DNA of 64,000 nt, from the NCBI GenBank assembly GCA_963702435.1, contig CAVPCR010000004.1, positions 320,001 through 384,000 on the forward strand, written 5' to 3'. Shown here piece after piece: positions 19,503-29,795 of the stretch. This DNA comes from Candidatus Eiseniibacteriota bacterium. GTDB taxonomy: Bacteria; Eisenbacteria; RBG-16-71-46; CAVPCR01. The notes under the pieces were generated by a model. That model had not been told where the DNA came from. It searched no databases and was given only the letters and a program-made list of their open reading frames with translations. Every line of letters starts with the position of its first letter. Position 1 is the stretch's first letter. A program made the position numbers and the translations under genes.

Positions 19503-20850
19503 GGGCGAAGCCGCGACTCGGCCGGCCGCTGCGACTCGTCCGGGAGCCGCGCCGCCGGCCTCCACGCCGACGCCCACGCCGGCCTCCACGCCGGTGCCCG
19601 CGCCGGTGCCCGCGCCGGTGCTCCACCGCGCGCGCTTCGTCCTCCCGATCGCGGCCCCGCCGCTCGCCGACGGGGCGGTCCTCGTCGCCGGCGATGCGAT
19701 CGTGGCCGTCGGTCCCTATCGCGATCTGGCGCCGCATCACGCCGGGGCGGTCGCCGACCACGGGGACGCGGTGCTCCTCCCCGCGCTCGTGAACGCGCAC
19801 ACGCATCTCGAGCTCACAGCCCTCGCCGGCGGCGTCCCGGCGCGGCCCGATTTCGGCGCGTGGCTCGGCGCAACGGCCACGGCCGCCGCGGCGCTCGGCG
19901 CGGAGGACGCGGCGCCGGCGATCGAGGCGGCGATCGCCGACCTCGTGGCGACCGGCACCGGCCTCGTCGGCGAGGTGACCGACACCGGACGCGCGGTCCC
20001 CATGCTCGCCGGATCGCCGCTCGCGGCGCGCGTCTTCCACGAGCTCCTCGCCTTCGATCCGCGAGGGGCCGAGCCGGCGCTCGCCCGGGCGCGCGAGCGG
20101 CTGGCGGCCGCCGAGGCGTGCTCGCCGGCCGGCGGCCGGATCCGCCATTCTCTCGCCCCGCATGCCCCGTACACGGTCTCGATGCGGCTCCTGCGCCTGA
20201 TCCGCGGGGTGAACGGCCAGGACGCGCGGCCGACCACGATCCATCTCGCCGAATCGCCGGCGGAGACCGAGTTCTTCGCCGCGGGCACGGGGTCCCTCGC
20301 CGAGCTCAAGCGGCGCTTCGGCACGACGGTCTCCGGGTGGGAAGCGCCCGGCGAGTCTCCGGTCGTCTACCTGGCGCGGATCGGCTGGTTCGACGCGCCG
20401 CAGCTCGCCGTGCACCTCACGCAGTTATCTGCGCGCGATATCGAAATACTGCGGAAGGCGCCGGCGGTCACGGCCTGTCTCTGCCCGCGCTCGAACCGCG
20501 CGCTCGGCGTGGGCCCGGCGCCGGCCTCGGCGCTCGCCGCCGCCCGTATCCCGCTCGCGCTCGGCACCGACAGCCGGGCCTCGGCGCCGAGCCTCTCGCT
20601 CTTCGACGAGCTGGCCGCAGCGGCGACCGACTACGATCTCGAGCCCCAAGTCCTCCTCGCCGCGGCCACGCGCGGCGGCGCCGTCGCGCTCGGCTTCGGC
20701 GCCGAGCTGGGCGTACTCGCCCCCGGATACCGGGCGCGGATGATCGCGGTCGCGCCACCTCCCGGAGTCACGATCGGCGGCGACCCCTATGCGGTCCTCC
20801 TCGATCGTCCCGGCCCCGCGCGCATCCGCCGGGTCGACGGCAGCGTCTAG
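19492..20850 (+). CDS. Amidohydrolase, probable aminodeoxyfutalosine deaminase
   Basis: LVNAHTHLE, PHAPY, IHLAES..E, CPRSN, LGTDS; overlaps mqnA. The substrate is inferred from context. Confidence 0.75.
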   Translation: MGAEGEAATRPAAATRPGAAPPASTPTPTPASTPVPAPVPAPVLHRARFVLPIAAPPLADGAVLVAGDAIVAVGPYRDLAPHHAGAVADHGDAVLLPALVNAHTHLELTALAGGVPARPDFGAWLGATATAAAALGAEDAAPAIEAAIADLVATGTGLVGEVTDTGRAVPMLAGSPLAARVFHELLAFDPRGAEPALARARERLAAAEACSPAGGRIRHSLAPHAPYTVSMRLLRLIRGVNGQDARPTTIHLAESPAETEFFAAGTGSLAELKRRFGTTVSGWEAPGESPVVYLARIGWFDAPQLAVHLTQLSARDIEILRKAPAVTACLCPRSNRALGVGPAPASALAAARIPLALGTDSRASAPSLSLFDELAAAATDYDLEPQVLLAAATRGGAVALGFGAELGVLAPGYRARMIAVAPPPGVTIGGDPYAVLLDRPGPARIRRVDGSV

Positions 20851-23126
20851 CGAATGACCGCCATCTTGCGCGTGGCCGTGAAATCGCCCGCAGTCAGGCG
20901 GTAGAAGTAGACGCCGCTCGGCAGCGGGGGACCGCCGCCGGCACCGTTCCACTCGACCGCGTGCTCCCCTGCGTTCATCACGCCCGACACGAGCCGCTGC
21001 ACCTCCCGGCCCTGGACGTCGTAGATCGCGAGGCGGACCGGCCCCGCCTCGCGGAGCGAGAAGCGGATGGTCGTCCACGGGTTCACCGGATTCGGGGTGT
21101 TCGCGCCGAGCCAGTTCGCCGCGGCCACCGGCGCCTCCTCGGCTCCCGTCGTGCCGGGGTCCACGCGCAGGATCAGCGCCACGTTTCTGACCGCGGTGTC
21201 GGGGTCGTTCGAGTGCACCTCCAGGGTGCCGCTGTAGTTCCCGACCGCGAGCCCGGTGGCGTCGAAGGTGACCACCGAGGTCCGGTTCTCCCCGGGCGGA
21301 ACCGTGTTGGAGAGCGGTGCTGCGGACACCCACGGGATGCCGCCGCCGGCCTCGACCAGGTTGTAGTCGAGCGGATCGAGGGTGCCCGTGTTGCCGACCA
21401 CCAGGTTCCTGGTCGTCTGCGTGTTCTGATTCAGCACGATGCTGAAGAAGAGCGGGCTGGTGGTGAGGTTGGGATAGGTCGCGGGCACGTTCATCGCCTT
21501 GATCCGGAGGTCGTAGTGTCCGTGGAGGGACATGATGCCGTACGGGGCGGCGGACGAGCGACGCACCATCACGTAGATGTCCTGCGTGGTCGGCGGCACC
21601 CAGCTCGTGCTCGAGCGCAGGACCTCGAAGGCGTTGTTCTGCCCGGGGCTCGGGGTGCCGACGTTGTCATGGGATGCCACCACCGTGAGTCCGGCGTTCC
21701 GGACCTCGAGGTAGGTGTCGGCGCCATCGCGCATGGTGCGGGTCTCGATCTGATAGGTGACTCCGGCCAGGCCGCTGAAGCGCACCCAGTCCTGGTCGCC
21801 CGCGACCCAGGTCGTGTGGTGGGTCGTCAGCCCGGCGCTGATGTCCTCGAAGGAGTGGGACAGCTGTGCCTCGGCCGAACTGTTGTCGTTCTCGAAGGCG
21901 TCGGCGCGGTACTGGATCCCGTGGTTCAGGTCCTCGATCATGCCGAGCTCGGTGGCCTGCGGCGGGATCACGTTCTGGACCCAGAGCAGGTGGAAGTCCT
22001 CGTAGGTGAGATCCCCCGAGAACGGCGGCTGCGAGAGGTAGGTGCGGGTGAAGGTCCAGGTGTCGCTGAAGGGCCGATCCATCTGGTACCCGGGCTCATC
22101 GTCCACACCGGGCGTGCGGTCGAGAGTCGCGTCGCCATCGGTCATGTCCCACAGGGAACCCTGGACCGCATTCTCGCAAGCGGCGCCGGTGCAGCCGCTG
22201 TAGGTCTCGAGGTCGTAGGAGAAGTTGATGACCCCGGTCGTCGAGTCGCCGGTCGAGGTCAGGTACACCTGGGGGTGGTTGATCCCGAGCCAGTCGCGGA
22301 CGTTCGAACCCCAGAAGGTGGGCCAGCCCTCGCCGAACGACAGGCGTGGATCCTGGGCGCTGTCACCGATGTAGTGCGTCCCGCCGGGGTTGTCGCTGAA
22401 ACTCCCGTAGCGGTTCTGGACGTAGTGACCCATCTCGTGCAGGAGGATGGTGTCGTCGTAGCCGAAGTTCCCCCCCATGTTGACGTTGCCGTCGTAGTAG
22501 CCGACATTGGGGGAGACATCGAGCGAGAAGCGGATGCGGAGCGGAACCGGGGGCCGGACGCCGCCCTCGAGCGAGGCGATGAAATCCGCTCCGTCGAGCG
22601 CGACGTCGTAGAGGTTGAACGGCTCGCCGCCGGATCGGTAGCGCATGACCACCGTCCCCATGTTGATGGGAGCGGTGGGCGCGTGGTTCGTGACCGCGAT
22701 GCCCTGGAAGGCGTGAATCGCGGCGCTGCTCCACTGGGTGACGTAATGCTGGAGATTGGGGGTCGCAGCGTTGTTGGTGAGGGCGAGGACGGCAACGTTT
22801 CGCACCTGCGAGTCGGTCACGTTGATCGAGAAGGATCCGTTCAGGTCGGTGGCGCCCTGGGCCAGAACGGCAAGTGTAATGCTGTCGATGACATTGACGT
22901 CGACCAGCCGGCAAGGCTTGTTCACGTGCGGGCTCTGGAAGCCGTTGATGTCGATCGGCAGGTCCTCGTACATGAAGGTCCCGGTCGCCGTGAAGTCGGC
23001 GCCCGCCGGTCTGCCTGCGACCATGAGAACGGCGAAGATCGCGAGGGACGAGAGGAAGAGAGGGCTCGAGGCCCGGGGTCCGGCCGGAATGACCACGTTC
23101 GCGCTCGGGAGCAGACGGCGTCGCAT
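20847..23126 (-). CDS. Secreted zinc metalloprotease-like protein with PPC-like, Ig-like and C-terminal FlgD_ig/T9SS-like domains
   Basis: Signal peptide; LHEMGH with downstream FGEGW; DQDWVRF; C-terminal NTPNPVNP..IYDVQGR..SGVYFYRL. Confidence 0.75.
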   Translation of the reverse strand: MRRRLLPSANVVIPAGPRASSPLFLSSLAIFAVLMVAGRPAGADFTATGTFMYEDLPIDINGFQSPHVNKPCRLVDVNVIDSITLAVLAQGATDLNGSFSINVTDSQVRNVAVLALTNNAATPNLQHYVTQWSSAAIHAFQGIAVTNHAPTAPINMGTVVMRYRSGGEPFNLYDVALDGADFIASLEGGVRPPVPLRIRFSLDVSPNVGYYDGNVNMGGNFGYDDTILLHEMGHYVQNRYGSFSDNPGGTHYIGDSAQDPRLSFGEGWPTFWGSNVRDWLGINHPQVYLTSTGDSTTGVINFSYDLETYSGCTGAACENAVQGSLWDMTDGDATLDRTPGVDDEPGYQMDRPFSDTWTFTRTYLSQPPFSGDLTYEDFHLLWVQNVIPPQATELGMIEDLNHGIQYRADAFENDNSSAEAQLSHSFEDISAGLTTHHTTWVAGDQDWVRFSGLAGVTYQIETRTMRDGADTYLEVRNAGLTVVASHDNVGTPSPGQNNAFEVLRSSTSWVPPTTQDIYVMVRRSSAAPYGIMSLHGHYDLRIKAMNVPATYPNLTTSPLFFSIVLNQNTQTTRNLVVGNTGTLDPLDYNLVEAGGGIPWVSAAPLSNTVPPGENRTSVVTFDATGLAVGNYSGTLEVHSNDPDTAVRNVALILRVDPGTTGAEEAPVAAANWLGANTPNPVNPWTTIRFSLREAGPVRLAIYDVQGREVQRLVSGVMNAGEHAVEWNGAGGGPPLPSGVYFYRLTAGDFTATRKMAVIR

Positions 23127-23141
23127 GGGTCATTCCTCCTC

Positions 23142-23741
23142 TTACTGATCCCGGTTCTTGTGAATGACGACGGGAACGGGCTCGCCATCCATGCCGATCA
23201 GGGTCCGCTCCTCCGGGGCCGGCGAGTCAGGCGCGCCGGGGTCCACGTAGACCGAGGTGGCGGACGTGAACACTTCCCCGTCGGGGAGGCGCGTCGTGAT
23301 CTGCGCGCGGACGAAGGCCCCCTGGTCTCCCGGCAGCGCCACCGCGACCGGGATCGCCGCCACCTCCTCGTAGCCCAGGCGGCCGCTCCAGCGGGCAAGC
23401 CCGCCGGTGATGACCGCACCGGCGGGCGTCACCACCTCCGCCTCGATGTCGGCATCGGCAGCACCCGAGGTGATGACGACCTCGAGCCGGGCCGGCTCAC
23501 CCACTGCCGGCTCGCGGTCGCCCGTGAAGGTCACATGCACCGCCTGCCGCACGCCGAGATCGAGCCGCGGCATCTCGCTCGCCGTCCGCCGCACGACCAT
23601 GTCTTCTCCGCCTGCCGTGCGGACCGGCGGGGAGGGCGCGGCGAGCACGAAAGCGCCGGCCGCGACCAGCGGCAGCAACAGCCCGGCGAATCTCCGGGGC
23701 CGGCGCATGAGAGCCGTAAGTCGTTCGCAAGTGGGTCGCAT
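23142..23741 (-). CDS. Secreted hypothetical protein (Ig-like), co-transcribed with the metalloprotease
   Basis: Signal peptide; beta-rich sequence; 15-bp gap containing the GAGGAGG RBS of the next gene. Confidence 0.6.
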   Translation of the reverse strand: MRPTCERLTALMRRPRRFAGLLLPLVAAGAFVLAAPSPPVRTAGGEDMVVRRTASEMPRLDLGVRQAVHVTFTGDREPAVGEPARLEVVITSGAADADIEAEVVTPAGAVITGGLARWSGRLGYEEVAAIPVAVALPGDQGAFVRAQITTRLPDGEVFTSATSVYVDPGAPDSPAPEERTLIGMDGEPVPVVIHKNRDQ

Positions 23742-23999
23742 GGGTTCTCCTTCGCCGCGGCGGTCGGGTACCCCTCGGACTCCGGGTGACGGTGGGACCT
23801 GAGGCGGGCAGGTAACCCATCTATTTTACCGCAAGGCCAGCGCCGCCGCCACGACCGTGCCGCCACTGATGTCGGTTCAGATGAGTGAGTTCGCCGGGCC
23901 GCCGCCCCTGCCGGCCCGGCTCCGCACGAGCGGCCGTGATACACTGGGGGCCATTTTCGGTGCCGCCACGCGGGCCAGATCAAAGTGAGGAGTTCCTGT

Positions 24000-24512
24000 A
24001 TGGACCAAGCCACGCGCAAGATCGTCCTCGACGCCGTCAAGACGGCGATCATCACCGAGCTCCGGGGCCTCGAGATCTACAAGGCGGCTGCGGAGCGCAC
24101 CACCGATCCCTCGGCCCGCCTCATGTTCCAGTCGCTGGCCACCGATGAGGAGCATCACAAGGCGTTCCTCGAGCTGAACTTCCAGAGCATCCTCGAGAAG
24201 GGGGAATGGGCGGTCCCGGCGACCGCCGAGAACCTCACTCCGCTCGACGATTCCGACGTGATCACGCCCCAGTTCCTGAAGCGCGTGAAGGGCGGCTCGT
24301 TCGAGATGGCGGTGGTCGCCGCCGGCTGTGAGCTCGAGCTCTCGGCGATCAACTTCTACACGCAGGCAGCCAGGGAATGCCCTGACGAGGAGTCGGCGAA
24401 GGTCTTCCGCTTCCTGGCCGACTGGGAGAAGGGTCACCTCGAGTCGCTGAATATGCTGGAAGCGCGGATGAAGGACGAGTACTTCGCCGAGCGGGGATTC
24501 ACGCCGATGTGA
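24000..24512 (+). CDS. Ferritin-like/rubrerythrin family di-iron protein
   Basis: Duplicated E-x6-Y...ExxH motifs (ELRGLEIY/EEHH; ELSAINFY/EKGH); GAGGAG RBS. Confidence 0.88.
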   Translation: MDQATRKIVLDAVKTAIITELRGLEIYKAAAERTTDPSARLMFQSLATDEEHHKAFLELNFQSILEKGEWAVPATAENLTPLDDSDVITPQFLKRVKGGSFEMAVVAAGCELELSAINFYTQAARECPDEESAKVFRFLADWEKGHLESLNMLEARMKDEYFAERGFTPM

Positions 24513-24574
24513 TGCCGGGAGGAAGCAATCCCTCCCGGCGCCGTCCTCCGGCAGCACGGCTCGCACCAAAGGGA

Positions 24575-24603
24575 CGAGGGCGGCTCTTGATGAGCCGCCC
24601 TCG
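24575..24603. terminator. Hairpin between convergent genes, probable terminator
   Basis: Perfect 12-bp stem CGAGGGCGGCTC-ttgat-GAGCCGCCCTCG; a second 9-bp hairpin lies at 24514-24539. Confidence 0.7.
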
Positions 24604-24642
24604 CTGCGTGTGAGGTCGGATGCGACTGCTGCTACCGCGGGC

Positions 24643-27600
24643 TCACCGCAGCAGGGTCATCTGGCGGACTTGCTGGAAGCCGCCGGTCTCGAAGCGCATG
24701 AAGTAGATGCCGGAGGCGACCGGCTGACCCGCGCTCGTCGTGCCGTTCCAGGTCACCGCGTGCTCGCCGGCGGTCACCACCCCGTCCACGAGCGTCGAGA
24801 TGAGCCGGCCCGCGACATCGAAGATGCGGAGCGTCGCCGGTCCGGTCGCCGCGACCCGGAAGGAGACGGTCGTGTGCGGGTTGAAGGGATTGGGCCGGCA
24901 AGGACCGAGGCCGGTCATCGGCGCCGCCGCAGCCTCGGGCGCCGCCGCCGGCACGTGCTCCTGGATCTGCGGCACGAACTTGATGGCCCGCCCGGTCTGC
25001 ACGGCAGGTGCCCCGGGCGCGTACCGGTAGAAGTACGCGTAGAGGAGGCCGTCGGTCTGGTCCCGGTTCTCGATGCCGACCGTGAAGTAGCCGTCCGTCC
25101 CGTCGCTCGAGCCGGCCGCCTGGTACTGGAAGACGATGATGCCGTCGCCGGTGTCGGTCGGATACCACGCCGGATCGTAGAGGATGGCCTGGACCGTCAC
25201 GGTCTGCCCGCCGGTGTAGTTCCGGAAGTTCGACCACTCGACGATCCAGCGATGGTTGGCCGCGTCGTACTGCTGGTAGCACTTCGAGGTGCCCGAGAGC
25301 TGGTAGAGGTCGTCCCAGAACACGGCGAGCATCGCCGGCGGGCCGCCGGCGCCGGGGATCGTCCAGTTGCGGTAGCTCGTGAGATAGGACTGACCCATCG
25401 CGAGCCAGCCGTTCGAGCAGATGGTCGCGTGATTGTAGGTCTCACCGTAGTACTGGAACGGGAAGGGCAGGCTCACGATCCGCGACTTGTCCTGGGTGTC
25501 GCCGTAGTCGCCGAGCACGACCTCGGTGCCGGTGAGCGAGATCTCGACCCAGCTGTAGGTCGGCGCGTCCGGATAGGAGGTGTCGGTGTTGTCGAAGGCG
25601 TAGTAGCCGTAGCGATCCGGACCCACCGGATCGGTGGCCGCCCGCTGGCCGACGGTCACGCTGACCGTCGTGGTGTCGACCATGCCGCCCGTGAAGTGGG
25701 TGATGAGCAGGAAGGGAGCCACGTAGCCGCCGTAGGTATTGGTGGCGGCGCTCAGCGTGAAGTGGTCGCCGGCGTTGTTGCCGGTGCCGCCGGCGGGGAT
25801 GTCGCCGAAGGCGGCGTTCCCGTCGGCGACCGAGATGAAGTCGGAGAGCGCGATGAGCGTGGCCGTCGTCGCGGTGGCGGCGATGCGGCCCGCGTTGGTG
25901 AGCGCGACGCTCATCTCGACGGTCTCGCCCGGATCGAAGCGGCCGTTGCCGGAGTTGTAGAGCGTGACGGCGCCGGCGACCAGGTCGGCGGAATGGACGT
26001 CGAGCTCGATCAGCGAGTGGAACTGGCCCTGGGCGGTGGTCACCTCGAACCCGCACTGGACCAGGTGGCCGTCGGGACAGCCGGGATCCACGGTGAAGCT
26101 GAAGCCCGCGTTGGCCCACGCCGAGCCGCCGGCCGGGATGTCGGGGAAGGTGGTCGCGCCGGTCGTGATCGTGACGTAGGGGTCGTCGCACGTGAACTGG
26201 GCGGTGATCCCGGTGGCGGGTGCGGTCCCGGAGTTCCGGGCCTGGACGAGGAGCCCGATCGTCTCGCCGGGGTTCACGATGCCGTCGTCGCCGCCGCCGT
26301 CGCTGATCTGGGCCGACTGGTAGCCGACGAACACGTTCTGCGTGCCGACCGCGATCGAGCCGAGGTAGGGGTGCAGATTGTGTCCGGTGACGGTGAGGTC
26401 CATGGTGCCGGCGGTCCAGGGCTGGATCGGGAGATCGATCCGGCCGTTCTCGTCGGTGTACCCGGCGGCCTGGGTCTCGGTGCCCTTCCGAACGCAGACG
26501 AGCGCGCCGGCGACCGCGAACCCGTTCGAGGAGACGGTGACCGGCACCGAGTTGGCGCCGAGGGCGAAGGTTGGCGCGTAGGTCACGGTGAGCGCCTGCG
26601 GCACCGCGGTCCAGATGTCCACCGCCGGGTCGCCCATCAGGTTGTTCCAGTGCGCCCAGATCTGGGCCTCGGCCGGCTCCACGGCATGGTAGTTCAAGAA
26701 GAGCTCGAGCTTGCCGCGGGTGAGGGCCGCGCCCATCGCATGGTCGCCTTCCACGAGAAGCCCCTGGGAGATGCCGAAGAGCATGCAGTTGTTGTAGCGC
26801 GTGTGCGTGCCGAGAGTGGCGGTGCCGATGGCGCCGATAGCGCCGCGCGACGTGAAAGGCGGACCCACGGCCCCGGCGCGCAGGAAGGCCTCGCTCCGGC
26901 AGGCATTCTCGCCGGCGAAGGAGCCGGTGCCGCAGGTCAGCATGGCGGCGAAGGGCAGCCTCCAGCCGTTGGTGAGCGAATAGGTGTTCGTGTTGCTCCA
27001 CCCGCTCATGTTGTAGAAGCCGCGGTAGGTGAAGTAGGTGTCGCCCCGGTTCAGGGCGGTCGTCATCTGGCTCACGAAGGGACCCCAGAACACCGTGTCC
27101 ACCGCGGTGTAGTGTAGATCGCGGATGAGGACGCTCTTCACCCACTGTCCCGTCTCGATCGCGCTCGGCCCCGTGCCCTGCGCCGCATCGCCGACCACGC
27201 AAGCCCGCGTGAACCAGGTCGTGTCGGCCATGTAGGGCTGGCTCTCGTAGTTGACCGTCTTGTTGACGATGATGAGGAGCTCGTTCATGGTCGAGTAGGA
27301 GAGTCGCCCGATGTGGACATCGGCAAGGATGTCGTTGCCGACGAGCATCGTGTAGGGATGATCCCCCTCGCCGTTGTAACCGCTCAGGGTCTCGTACCAG
27401 ACCGGGATCACCGCCGCGTCGCCCACGAGCACCACGTGCTCCGGCGGCACCGGCCAGGTGGTGAACGCGTTGAGAATGTAGTTCCTGATCTGCTCCTTGG
27501 AGCTCCCGGTCTGGGCCGTGGTCGCGACCACCACCGGGTAGCCCTGGCGCTGGCGCCAGGCCACGAGATGCGACAGGCGATTGGCGACCGCCGTGTCGTC

Positions 27601-28317
27601 CCGGCAGATGACGAGGTAGCTCCCCGGCGCGACCGCCGCTCCCAGGGCCTGGGGGCCGCGGTAGTTGACGACCAGGCTGCGGTAGAGCCGGTCGAAGCTC
27701 GGCGCGATCGTCGGCCGGTGCGGGGCGCTCGCGTTCTCGCTCCCGCCCGCGATGAACTCGAGCTCGACCTCGAGGCGTCGCGCGAGCGTCAGCGTCTTGG
27801 CTCCCGGGTTGTAACGGACCGGCAGCAAGGTGACGGCGACCACGCGGAGATCGCGGAAGAGCATGGGCTCGCTCACGATCACATCGGCCGTCGAGTCGAG
27901 TCCGTCGCGCGCGTAGGCCGCCGCATCGTACGCGAACGCGGGGCCTTCCCCGTCCTGCACCGGGGCGAGCACGACGTCCGCTCGCTCCTCGCGGTCGTGC
28001 ACCACGGCGCGGGCGACGACCCGGACCCCGTCGGGGATCTCGACGAGCCGCGTGTAGGAGGGAATGGCCGGCTCGCCGACCTTGCCCTGCGTGCCGCCGC
28101 CGGGGATCGTCACGGCCTGGAAGGTGCGCCCCGCGTGCGCGACCGGAGTCGTGTCCATGGCGGGGAGCTCGAAGCGAAGGCGCAGACCGCGCGCATCCTC
28201 GCCGACGACCTGGAGCGAGGCCGGTATCGCGGGCTCTTCGTTGGCGGCGTGGAGAGGAACGGCCAGGGAGAGGGCGAGGAGGCTCCAGACGAGCCCCGGC
28301 GCTCGGACGCAACGCAT
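24643..28317 (-). CDS. Peptidase C25 (gingipain-like) family protein with propeptide, Ig-like domains and a C-terminal FlgD_ig/T9SS-like domain
   Basis: GEPAIP propeptide, VVLVGD, DHPY, IGRLS, TCGTGSF, NLMGDP; GPDRYGY; C-terminal PNPFNP..IFDVAGR..SGIYF. Confidence 0.88.
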   Translation of the reverse strand: MRCVRAPGLVWSLLALSLAVPLHAANEEPAIPASLQVVGEDARGLRLRFELPAMDTTPVAHAGRTFQAVTIPGGGTQGKVGEPAIPSYTRLVEIPDGVRVVARAVVHDREERADVVLAPVQDGEGPAFAYDAAAYARDGLDSTADVIVSEPMLFRDLRVVAVTLLPVRYNPGAKTLTLARRLEVELEFIAGGSENASAPHRPTIAPSFDRLYRSLVVNYRGPQALGAAVAPGSYLVICRDDTAVANRLSHLVAWRQRQGYPVVVATTAQTGSSKEQIRNYILNAFTTWPVPPEHVVLVGDAAVIPVWYETLSGYNGEGDHPYTMLVGNDILADVHIGRLSYSTMNELLIIVNKTVNYESQPYMADTTWFTRACVVGDAAQGTGPSAIETGQWVKSVLIRDLHYTAVDTVFWGPFVSQMTTALNRGDTYFTYRGFYNMSGWSNTNTYSLTNGWRLPFAAMLTCGTGSFAGENACRSEAFLRAGAVGPPFTSRGAIGAIGTATLGTHTRYNNCMLFGISQGLLVEGDHAMGAALTRGKLELFLNYHAVEPAEAQIWAHWNNLMGDPAVDIWTAVPQALTVTYAPTFALGANSVPVTVSSNGFAVAGALVCVRKGTETQAAGYTDENGRIDLPIQPWTAGTMDLTVTGHNLHPYLGSIAVGTQNVFVGYQSAQISDGGGDDGIVNPGETIGLLVQARNSGTAPATGITAQFTCDDPYVTITTGATTFPDIPAGGSAWANAGFSFTVDPGCPDGHLVQCGFEVTTAQGQFHSLIELDVHSADLVAGAVTLYNSGNGRFDPGETVEMSVALTNAGRIAATATTATLIALSDFISVADGNAAFGDIPAGGTGNNAGDHFTLSAATNTYGGYVAPFLLITHFTGGMVDTTTVSVTVGQRAATDPVGPDRYGYYAFDNTDTSYPDAPTYSWVEISLTGTEVVLGDYGDTQDKSRIVSLPFPFQYYGETYNHATICSNGWLAMGQSYLTSYRNWTIPGAGGPPAMLAVFWDDLYQLSGTSKCYQQYDAANHRWIVEWSNFRNYTGGQTVTVQAILYDPAWYPTDTGDGIIVFQYQAAGSSDGTDGYFTVGIENRDQTDGLLYAYFYRYAPGAPAVQTGRAIKFVPQIQEHVPAAAPEAAAAPMTGLGPCRPNPFNPHTTVSFRVAATGPATLRIFDVAGRLISTLVDGVVTAGEHAVTWNGTTSAGQPVASGIYFMRFETGGFQQVRQMTLLR

Positions 28318-28607
28318 TGTGACCTCCGGCTGGTGCTTCGTGGCGGTGGGCGCGATGCCTCCCGGAAGGCGAACGAGAAGGCAAGAGGCCCCGACGGCGG
28401 CCTACGTACAAGTGTGACTGACCTGAGCCGCGATGCATAGAGGATCTTCGCACGTTCCAGCCGCCTTCGCCGGGCGGGCGAGGCTGCGCACCTCCCCTGG
28501 ACCGCCGGTTGCCATGCCCGGTCACACCGCTCTATCCTCGTCCCCGCCATCCCGCACGCGATCGCAAGGCCCAGCGGGCCGGACCCTGCCGGCCGGGAGG
28601 TTGGACG

Positions 28608-29603
28608 ATGCCGCTCCTTCTCACCCGCCGCGATGTCGAGTCGGTGCTGACCATGGAGGAGACGATCGCCGCGGTCGAGGTCGGTCTTCGCCAGCTCGCG
28701 GCCGGCCGCGCGATCCTGCCGCAGCGCACGGCGATCCGCATGAACGAGCACCACGGCCTCCATCTCGGCATGCCCGCCTACATCGCCGGCGCGACCGCCG
28801 ACGATCCGGGCACGCTCGCGCTCAAGGCCGTGACCGTCTACCCGGACAATCCGTCTCGTCACCAGCTGCCGACCATCTTCGGGACGATCCTCTTGAACGA
28901 CGCGCGCACGGGGCAGCTCCTCGCGATCATGGACGCCGGATTCCTGACCGCGATGCGCACGGGCGCGGCCTCGGGAGTCGCGACCAGGTATCTCGCGCGC
29001 GAGGATGCGCGGAGCGCCGGCGTCTTCGGGGCCGGGGCGCAGGCGTGCACGCAGCTCATGGCGGTGGCGGCCGTGCGGCCGCTCGTGCGGGCCGCGGTCT
29101 GCGATCCGGCGCCCGCGGTCCGCGAGCGGTTCGCCGCCGAGATGAGCGCCCGGCTCGGGATCCCGGTCACGGCGACGACCGACCCCGACGACTGCCTGGC
29201 CTGCGACATCGTCATCGCGGCGACCTCGAGCGCGACGCCGATCTTCGACGGCACGAAGCTCCGCCCGGGGACGCACATCAATGCCGTGGGGTCGCACTCG
29301 CCGAACGCGCGCGAGCTCGACACGGAAGCTATCCGGCGATCCACGGTGGTGGCCGACCACAAGCCGGCCTGCCTCGCCGAGGCCGGGGATCTCCTCTTGC
29401 CCATCCAGGAGGGAGCGATCACCGAGGACCACATCGTGGCCTCGATCGGCGAGATAGCGGCAGGGGTGAAGCCGGGGCGGACCACGCGCGAGGAGATCAC
29501 GCTCTTCAAGTCGGTCGGCCTGGCGGTGGAAGATGTCGCGACGGCCGGGCGGGTCTACGCCCTTGCGCGCGCGGCGGGGGTGGGGAAGGAGATCGAGATC
29601 TAG
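28608..29603 (+). CDS. Ornithine cyclodeaminase/mu-crystallin family protein (possible alanine dehydrogenase)
   Basis: LTAMRTGAASG, GAGAQA, HINAVGS, ITLFKSVGLAVED. Confidence 0.92.
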   Translation: MPLLLTRRDVESVLTMEETIAAVEVGLRQLAAGRAILPQRTAIRMNEHHGLHLGMPAYIAGATADDPGTLALKAVTVYPDNPSRHQLPTIFGTILLNDARTGQLLAIMDAGFLTAMRTGAASGVATRYLAREDARSAGVFGAGAQACTQLMAVAAVRPLVRAAVCDPAPAVRERFAAEMSARLGIPVTATTDPDDCLACDIVIAATSSATPIFDGTKLRPGTHINAVGSHSPNARELDTEAIRRSTVVADHKPACLAEAGDLLLPIQEGAITEDHIVASIGEIAAGVKPGRTTREEITLFKSVGLAVEDVATAGRVYALARAAGVGKEIEI

Positions 29604-29795
29604 AGGCCGGCCGGGTCCGGCGGACCCCGGTCCGGCCGCTTCCGTCCGCGAAGTGGTCCGGCGAGACCTGATGACGAGACCTGATGACGTCGCCGCGCCG
29701 CTTCTGCTATCCTCCCCAAGCTTCCCCCTCCAGCCCCCGGAGCCGAGCCAAAAGCCGCCGTCATTCCAGTCATGCGGCGCGGCGATCAAGTCCCG

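Noticed and set aside
19860..23789. Very long alternative ORFs (for example 19860-23789 +, 28110-30758 -, 50441-53119 -, 7959-10523 +, 24610-27117 +)
   Set aside because: They are antisense or off-frame shadows of well-supported genes. Stop codons are rare at this GC content, and these translations are Arg/Gly/Ala-rich with no motifs.
29662..29689. CTGATGA twice, resembling a hammerhead ribozyme core
   Set aside because: There is no GAAA or stem II/III architecture; a 13-bp tandem duplication explains it.
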